Source: Eimeria praecox
Taxonomy: Eukaryota
NCBI GenBank assembly: GCA_963920595.1
Contig: OY986946.1
Span: 4,464,001 to 4,528,000 of the forward strand
DNA length: 64,000 nucleotides
Direction of reading: 5' to 3'
Both the position numbers and the translations under genes were made by a program. The stretch's first letter is position 1. Each line of letters starts with the position of its first letter. The notes under the pieces were generated by a model, which worked only from the letters and a program-made list of their open reading frames with translations, was not told where the DNA came from and did not search any database. Shown piece after piece: positions 39,752 to 64,000 of this stretch.

Positions 39752-40994
39752 GCACTAGACGTTAAGTATGTATGCATATGTATGCATTTGGCTGCTCTAA
39801 ACTTTCTTTAAATTTGTTGTGTGTGTTATATTTTGTTTGGTTTTCCTCTTTGTTTATTTTGGGGCTTTGGCTGTCTTCGCTTGCATGCAACAAGAAAGAG
39901 AAAGAAATATATTTAAACTGCTATGGCATTGAGAGAGTGGGGCTGTCTACTCCAATATCCTCTCTGTTATCTCTATCTCTCTATCCTCTACTACATATCT
40001 TAACTAGTTAACTTTCTAAGACCAACAGGCCTATGTACAACCCCATCAAGATGCTCCCTTAAATACAGAAACCCTAAACCCTAAGTCTAAACCCTAAACC
40101 CTAAGCTTAAACCCTAAACCCCAGTCTAATAACATGTTGTCAGTGAAAGAGGTATGTATATATATGTGTCATATGTGGTAGTAAACAGCAGATAGCTAGC
40201 ATCAGCCCTGCCGAGGTGAGCATACACCCTGGAATAGCAATACAAACACAATTTATAAAATAATTATATATATTTAAAACTATCTACAAACATACAACAC
40301 AACACTACAAACAGCTACTGCAGCTTTAGGCCTCAGGGAGCTGGTTGGCCTCTCGGCCGACGCCTGGGGGGGGGGGGGGGGCGGGAGGGTTTAGATATAT
40401 ATATATATAATATATATTATATATACATGTATATCATAGAATACATTCTAAATAATAATAAAACAAACAAATTAAATACAAAGATAGATATATAGGAGAA
40501 GCTATGAATGCTGGCGTGCACGGCTCTCTACCGTGCGCGCGCCTCAGGCCAAACAACTGGTTGCGTGTTAAGAAGCAGCCGAGCTACTACGAGGAGAATG
40601 GGTCTTAATTAATTTATTTTTAGAATTTAATAATTATTTTTGAATATATAATACAATTTTCTTTATTTTGATATCTTTGAAGCTTAGAAGAGAGCTAATT
40701 ATAGATGTGCTACGGCTCCATCAAGCCTCAAGTAGTGGTCTTGTACACGTGAGGACTGGCGGGGGGGGGGGCGAGGTGGCTTGTTTGTGTTTGTTTTTTA
40801 TGTTTTCTTGTTTAAAATAAAACAAATAATTTAATAAATATAATTATTTTCCTTCTAAAGTGTGATAATCTCTTTAATTCTTCTCTTTTCAGTGTTTCTT
40901 TGAGCCACAATACATACACACACAACTCTCCTTGGCGCCGCTGCCTACAGTTGCAGCATCCTACAATCTACTACTCCCTCTCCTCCCTGTATCT

Positions 40995-41029
<35 letters not shown>

Positions 41030-41420
41030 TTATATTATTTATTGTGTTTGTTTATATATTTATTACTTTCTCTTTCCTGCATGTATAATCTTTAGAACTT
41101 GAGACAGAGAAGCATCAGAGCAGAGCTCAACTCAGCTGTCTGTACACCTGGTGTTGTGTGTATGGCCTCCCCTACACAAATCAAAACATCCAATTATTCC
41201 TTTTATTAAATTATAAAAGGGCATTTAATTATATATTGGGGTGTATATCAATTTATAGGCCCCTCCTTCTTCTTTCCTCTTCTTGTTTTCTGTTTATTTA
41301 TTTTATGTTTCGCCACATCTTCTTGTTCTCTTTGGTTTACCTCCACAAAACATACAAGATACATTATAACCCCCCTCCTCAATGTTGTCTGGAGAACCTC
41401 ATTATATTAGGGGTCCGCCT

Positions 41421-57090
<15,670 letters not shown>

Positions 57091-57299
57091 GGCTTCCACG
57101 CATGCATGCATGCTTGCAAGGTCCCCAGCCCACCAGCTTTACAGATAGGCACTGCCTTCTTGCATATGACTGCGTGGCCTGTTTACCCCTCTATCCGGAT
57201 GTGAATTAGCCTCAGCACAAACGCTTGCAGGCTTCCTGACCTTGAGCCCTAAACCGTGAACCCCCATAACCCGAATAAAGCAGAGAGACGAGGAGGCGT

Positions 57300-59560
57300 T
57301 CTGCTGCTGCTGTCTGGGCCCCTGAGAGCAGCGTATATCAATAGCTGCAAATGCTGTTGGAATCTGGCTGCAAAATAGAATCGTAAGACGTTCCGGTTCA
57401 AGTGCTTCCATGAGTTCGACAGGCTTCAGGAGTGTTTTAACAGGATATGTCAAAGGGCGTTAGATACATCTGTATCTGCGTGCGTATTATTTTCTGGGGA
57501 TATCGTTCGTGTTCTTCCAGAACCATGAAGAACGGTGTTAGGTGACGCACAAACGGGATTTGGCTATGTGTAAGTGAGAGATTGTCGTGAGGAAGGAGCT
57601 GCAGTGAGAGGCACTCAGGACAGGCTTCCCTTGAGAAGAGCAGTTCTTATTTCCCCTCATGTTAATTAAAAGGTTTTTCTTTTTTCTATTTTAAAATATG
57701 GAGGCTTGTTAGTATATTCCATATGGTGAGAATGCAACAAGCGACAAGCCGCGTTGCTGTATCGAACGACCTTGGTATCGTTAATCCATCCAGTTGATGG
57801 AGTTTCTATCACAGGAACTGTTGATGAAACTTGCCTCTTTCTGTGTCGACAGTCCGAATATGATCGGAACTGCGATGGGGGAGCACTAGAGGAAGGTCTA
57901 TTGTTTTTCTGCGGAGGTTAAATTGTACAAGAATAACGCGGGTTGCTACTAGCTATGTGAGGCAGGCAGAAAGCTCATGAATTATTTATTATTTTGAGGA
58001 GATAACTGCTTTTGGAGAAGAGCCGGCCTATAGAGGCTTCCAGAAACGTATATCGTTGTATAGCGATGAGCGTACCTCTGCAGAAAGGCAGGGCCCAAGT
58101 AGTGCGAGTTCATAGACTTTGATGTAGACAGATCATCATCCACAACTTTGAGATATGTCAGTTCTTCGTGAACAGAAGCCTTCCTTTGGTCTACTAGCTT
58201 CTTTACGAGTTGTTCGTAGAAGGGATGCCCCCAGAAGAGAGGCAGTCAGTGATCTGCTGGTATGCGGGAAGCGAGCTAAAGTGTGAATGCGAGGAACTCG
58301 CCTCTGTTGCATCAAGAGATAGGAAAGAGGCAAACCCCACCACCCTCGATGTAACAGTATCCTTCGATCTCGGCCAAGGACTGTCGTGAGTTGCAATAGA
58401 ATCAAGCAATTGAAGAGAGAAGGCATCTGACCTGTACTATCCAGCCTCCTCGCCTTCTAGGGATAGCGGGCGAAGGGCCAGAAGCTGCTACTAGGTGGCA
58501 GTGCACCTTGCTGCAACTAGCGCTACAAAGCAATCCCTCCTACTACACATGCATTCGATTCTTTTGCTGCATGCGCTAACGTTGTAGACAGGAGTGGAGG
58601 CATTCTGCAAACACTTACTTCGCCCTGCATAGTCAGCCTACTATAGACACGGGCACCCACATCATACGAACCCTTATGCATCTACCCCGTACCCCCTTAA
58701 CCCACACAGGCCTTCCTGAGCCTGATCGCCCACCACAGATAACGGGGCTGAACCTATGGGGGGCCATAGGGGTGGTCTTGCCGCACTTGCCTGTACTGTA
58801 TCGGGTGTTCTTGTTGTGGCGCCTGCTTCGTGGATGAGTTCGATGCGGTGCCAGACCCGCTAGAATCTTCTTGTTATTGAGTATACCTGAGAAATGCTCC
58901 TTCAGTTCTACCCCTTTCTGATGTTATTCAAGTTTGAACAGGGTCGAATCCCCCAAACGGCGGTGTTTGTAAGACACTAACGACGGATTGCATGCATTTC
59001 TCCGGCGTTTCTTGCAGTGCCTCTTCCCTGCGTAGAAGCCTCCTCGCTAGTTTATCCTTGAGGTACTGATTCCACCGTTTTCACCATAGATGAGGCAAAT
59101 GATGTTGAGACAGCTGGGAGATGCACTTTCTCACTGCTTCCTGTACATGCCAACGACGAGGAGGATACATGCCCTCCAGGCCTTCTATTAACTCACCGAC
59201 TGCATGCATAGAATTATAAGCACACATATTGGAGGAAATCAATTCAACTTGTAAACTGACACAGACGTTAAGAATTTACTGCGGTCGCCCCGTACTACTA
59301 CAACTTCAATGAGGGATTAACCCTCACCATCACCCCACCAGTAGATGTACTCAAGCAGTATAAACAAGTTATTTGGGATGAGAAAGAAACAAACACAAGG
59401 AAACTCATCAACACACTTGACACTGCTTCCAAGATTTGTGGTTGAATTCAACGAGCCCTTCGTACATTGATAAGCTGTTCTACGTATACGGCGGGTGGTG
59501 TGATGCTCTCTAAACAAGACAGGATCCCGAATAGCCCTCGAAAATAGTCTATTGTATATA
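57300..59560 (-). pseudogene. Probable decayed gene, possibly of an Eimeria-specific family
   Basis: Repeat-poor minus-strand segment with protein-like frames broken by stops: NVRRAR*IQPQILEAVSSVLMSFLVFVSF (basic + hydrophobic), ELIEGLEGMY...HLW*KRWNQYLKDKLARRLLRREEALQE, GHPFYEQLVKK...LLQKQLSP, SWFWKNTNDIP, LTILFCSQIPTAF. The family resemblance is from memory only. Confidence 0.35.
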
Positions 59561-60616
59561 TTTACGGGAGAGGTACAGAACCATTCATTAAACAAGAAGG
59601 AGTTCTTCCTCTCTGGGGGGGAGATAGGAAGCCCCAATATTATATATTATAAGTATATAATAAGTCTATCACAGTTCCAACTGCTCACCAACATATCATG
59701 CAGCCGATATAAACTGAGATCTAAACATTTTTAAAATATGTAAAGCACTGTCTTTTCCTGTGTTGTCGGATCATGCCATACAAATTCACATTATTAAACA
59801 TGAAGTTTATTTCAAACGTGTTTGCTTTTGTACTCTCACAGCGCGTTGCTGTTCAGGTAACACTGTCTTCTGCAATTGTGTTCGTATAAGATGATTTCGA
59901 TTATCCTTGTAAATTGAGATCTATCTACTTTCCATACAACTAAGGAGAGTCAGGCATACACCACGCTCAACAACAGACTACAGATCAAGCATTAAAACAT
60001 CGATGGTGGTTTGTTGCGACTCCTGCGATATCAGCGTAAATTTGTATGACGATAGATTTTATATGTTTGGTCTGGTCTGAAGAGCTCTCCATACATACAC
60101 TTGCTCAGATTATATTTTTGTTTAGATTCAGAAAATACCCGCAGAAAAGCGAAGAGGCGAGGAGGCTCATAGGGCAGTTTATGCTTGTAGCGCGTTCTAC
60201 GTGATGCTAGCAGTTGTATCTCTCTCTCTCTCTACTTACTCGCAGATTCAACAAATAATCTAAAGGTTTAAAGATAGTATAAACACTACAGTCTACAATT
60301 CGTTGTTGCTCATGATCGCGCTCAGCTAAGATACATGATTCCTGCCACACTCAACCAAGAGCACCTCCTATGTATAGTTGTGTATTGTTTGAGTAATACA
60401 GTGAGAGGCTTTGTAGTACAGCCTGTCTCAGCGTGATGCATGCATACAATTGGCTGCCTCCCTCTCCTCACACACCGCCAGGCCTCTATGCCTCTGTCTG
60501 TGTAGGAGAGGTGGAGAGTAGAAGGAAGACCCGCTCAACACAGGCAAAATCCTCCCCTTACAAGCTCGAGGCCCTTGGATAGCTGTATACATTTATTTAG
60601 GGGATATTAGGAAAGG

Positions 60617-60670
<54 letters not shown>

Positions 60671-60977
60671 TATTAATAATATATTTTGGGGGGCTTTTGT
60701 GTTAAGATCTTGACTGTCTTGCTGCTTACGTGTTTTGAATTTCTTGAATGATAATCGAAGATTCGCTAAGAAAAACAAACTTAAATAAAACCAAAATTAT
60801 GTTTAAACAATTAATTTGTTTTAATGAGTTTAATGTTAAATACAATTAGATATATTCATAGACCTCAACAAAGATGCATATCATATCCTTAGTAATACAT
60901 CTTTATAAACAACTACAGTCCTTAACTGTAGCTGAGGATCAAAGTAAGCAGCAGCAAGAGAGGCAATACTTGAACAC

Positions 60978-61044
<67 letters not shown>

Positions 61045-61069
61045 CTTACTTAAACACATAACCCCCAAA

Positions 61070-61133
<64 letters not shown>

Positions 61134-61271
61134 CTTTCTTAATGATATACAGCTATCTAAGGGCCTCAGGCTTGTTAGTAGAGGAGTTCGTCTGTGTTGA
61201 GTTTCCGTGAGGCGTATCCCCGTATAAAACATAATCCCCTTTTCATTATTCTTGTAGACAGATAATAAACA

Positions 61272-61503
61272 CTTAATTATTAAACCCTTCCTAGTTAATT
61301 ATTAAACCCTTCATAGTTAGTTATTAAACCCTTCATAGTTAATTATTAAACCCTTCATAGTTAATTATTAAACCCTTCATAGTTAGTTAATTATTAAACC
61401 CTTCATAGTTAATTATTAAACCCTTCATAGTTAGTTATTAAACCCTTCCTAGTTAATTATTAAACCCTTCATAGTTAGTTAATTATTAAACCCTTCATAG
61501 TTA
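61272..61503. repeat. 22-26-bp minisatellite (TTATTAAACCCTTCATAGTTAA), about 10 copies
   Basis: Direct tandem copies, each containing TAAACCCT. Confidence 0.9.
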
Positions 61504-61652
61504 GATTGTGTGTTGGTAGAGATACGACTACAAAACTTATACTGTAAGAGAAGAAGACGATTCAAACAAGAAAATACATACATAATTAAAATACATACAT
61601 TAATATACTAGAAGTGTTTAAAACATTTATTTGTTGAATCTAATGAGTCAAA

Positions 61653-61712
<60 letters not shown>

Positions 61713-62094
61713 TGACAGACCCTACTTGAATCTCACCAGAGCCCAGTATGGTATGGAGGTATGATCACTTATCATTTCCTTCATATTTTTTTTGGTAATA
61801 TGTTTAATAAACAATAATTAATGTTAATTTTTTCTTGTTTTCTACATAAAATCTAACAGAGGCAGGCGTTCAAGCTCCTCTCCCCCCCCAACATCATGGC
61901 TGTTTCTTGTTATTTAAGGGCCCCGTCTGCTAGCGTTTTGGTGTTATTTATGTAGACTTCTTCTATATTATTCATATATTTATCTATTTTATATATTTGT
62001 ATTCTGATATCTAAGAAAAATGAAACCAATAACCTAGAGAATCGAGCAGCTTTCTCTGGTGTTTTGTATGGCGGCGCCCTCAACGCTACTGTGT

Positions 62095-62132
<38 letters not shown>

Positions 62133-62213
62133 CTCTTGTATCTTTCTAATGGGATAATTTGCTGCATTTCTTTGTTTTCTCAATTAAAATATAAATATTA
62201 ACTCATTATAATC

Positions 62214-62317
62214 ATGATGGCCTTGTCAGACCCTGCCACACCAGCTTTGTGGTCTGCTGCTGCTGTTCGTACAGACGCCGTAGAAAGCAGACAAGGCATT
62301 CACTCTTTAATGTTGCT

Positions 62318-62362
<45 letters not shown>

Positions 62363-62423
62363 GCAGCAACAACATCAACAACAGCAACAGCAACAACAAC
62401 CACGCTGTGAGAATCCCAACAAT

Positions 62424-62457
<34 letters not shown>

Positions 62458-63499
62458 TACAGCAAGAACAGCTGCAGCACAACTTAAATATTCAAGTTGT
62501 GCTGCTGCTGCAGCGTGCAGCTGAAGCATCAGCCGAGTCAAACAACTCTGCTGCTGCTAGAAAGCGAGTCATGGGGCCCCCCCAAGGAGGCCCCCCTTGG
62601 GGGCCCCCATTCACGATGGCTGTAGATAAGGAAGACAACAACAACAACAACAGCAGCAGCAGCAGCAGCAGCGTAGGGCTGCAAATGCTAGGGGAAGTAC
62701 GCAGCAGCAGCAGCCGCAGCAGCAGCAGCAGCGAGAGCTCGCTCCCTTTAATAATAGAAACATCAAACGAATCAAGCAGCGATTCTGAGCGAGACGATGA
62801 TTGGCTTGAGCTTACATTAGAAGAAAAAGAAAAAGAAGAAGAAGAAGGAGAAGAAGAAGAAGAAGAAGAAGAAGAAGAAGAGGGAGAGGGAGAGGGAGAG
62901 GGAGAGGGGGGAGATAGAGGAGGCCCTCCCTCTTTGTCTGCTGCTGCGCTGCAGCAGCAAAGAGAAGATAGTTATCTTCGTTTTGCTGCTGATAGACATA
63001 TCTCCCTATCCAAACATCGACAGACACAAACAGAAAAGTGAGGTGTATGCTCTGTATGCTGCTGCATGCGCCTCCGCCTTTCTTACTCTTTAACGCCATA
63101 GATAATTCTATCCCGTTTCAGTTGAATCAGCAGGCATACCTGCTGCTGCTGCTGCTGTTGTTGTTGTTGTTGCTGCTGCAGTTGTTGTTGCTGCTGCAGT
63201 TGTTGTTGTTGTTGTTGTTGCTGTAGCTGCTGCAGTTGTTGCTGTTGCTGCTGCTGCAGTTGCTGCTGCTGCTGTTGTTGTTGCTGCTGCTGTAGTTGCT
63301 GCGGCTGCTGTAGTTGTTGCTGCTGCTGCTGCTGCAATTGTTGCTGTTGCTGCGGCTGGTGTTGATGGTGCAGCCTTTGTTGTGTATCTGCTGCTCTAGA
63401 CAGCCACAACAAGAACATCTACTGCTGCTGCTGCTGTTGTTGTGTTTGCAGGCAAGAAGACAACGTCTTCACAGATAAAGTTTGTGGTATGTTTGTTTC

Positions 63500-63532
<33 letters not shown>

Positions 63533-63711
63533 GCTGCTGCTGCTGTTGCTTGCTGCTGCTGTCAACAACTAGCTGCTCTCTCAACTAATATCTTTTTAAT
63601 GAAAAGTAGAAAACTTAATTTGTTTTATTTTATTGTGTTTCCCCCTCAGAACGTCATGAAGGATCTGAACATAGGAGAAGCCAGGCAGCACGGCCATCTG
63701 CACAGCAGCAG

Positions 63712-63748
<37 letters not shown>

Positions 63749-64000
63749 AGCAGCAGCAGCAGAGCTTTTCGTTTGTGCGGGGCTTAGCTACGGCTTTCAG
63801 GGAGCGAATGTTTGATGCCGTGAAGATAGAGACTGGAGGGGAGGCAGAGAGGCAGAAAGAAGCAGACGCTATAAGACAAGCCTCAGCAGCAGCAGCAGCA
63901 GCAGCTGCTGCTGCTGCTGCTGGTGATTCAGCAGCAGCAGCTGCTGCTGTTGCAGAGACACCCGGGATTGTTGCGCTGCAGATGGAGTTGCTGCACTTGT
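62214..64000 (+). CDS. Hypothetical protein, 5' part (exons 62214-63037, 63452-63486, 63650->64000), running off the window
   Basis: A 275-codon first exon with poly-Q and acidic tracts. The phase-2 donor joins a 35-nt exon (KQEDNVFTDKVC), which joins in phase 1 to the only frame open to the window end (ERHEGSEH...FSFVRGLATAFRERMFDAVKIE...PGIVALQMELLHL). Confidence 0.7.

Noticed and set aside
58780..59200. In-frame TGA codons as selenocysteine
   Set aside because: The same frame also contains TAA, there is no redox-motif context and no SECIS was recognised; decay is the simpler explanation.

Overview
Eukaryotic genomic DNA from a coccidian apicomplexan, almost certainly Eimeria. The basis is dense CAG/CTG trinucleotide tracts, internal AAACCCT telomere-like arrays, TGCATGCA octamers and alternating repeat-rich/repeat-poor segments. 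Most ORFs in the supplied track are microsatellite artefacts; the real genes are spliced and were rebuilt by hand using splice sites and reading-frame phase. In order, the window holds: (1) the last two exons of DPM1; (2) an LC8-type dynein light chain (-); (3) a 7-exon LRR + coiled-coil LRRCC1/VFL1-like centriolar gene (-); (4) a large, probably secreted M16/insulinase-like gene lacking HXXEH (+); (5) a repeat-poor island with a decayed chromoviral Ty3/gypsy integrase and chromodomain (-); (6) an 854-aa low-complexity single-exon ORF (+); (7) a 33-exon gene for a ~1100-aa coiled-coil protein with six tandem PH-like repeats, hosting an intronic tRNA-Arg(CCG) (+); (8) a probable decayed gene (-); (9) the 5' part of another gene (+). 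The most notable pattern is that intronic telomeric heptamers are polarised relative to transcription (CCCUAAA near donors, UUUAGGG near acceptors, giving introns with inverted-repeat ends). Also notable are four apparent GC-AG introns, repeat-conserved intron positions in the PH-like array, and a recurrent GGTGTAYRTACACC palindrome. All family assignments come from recalled motifs, not database searches.
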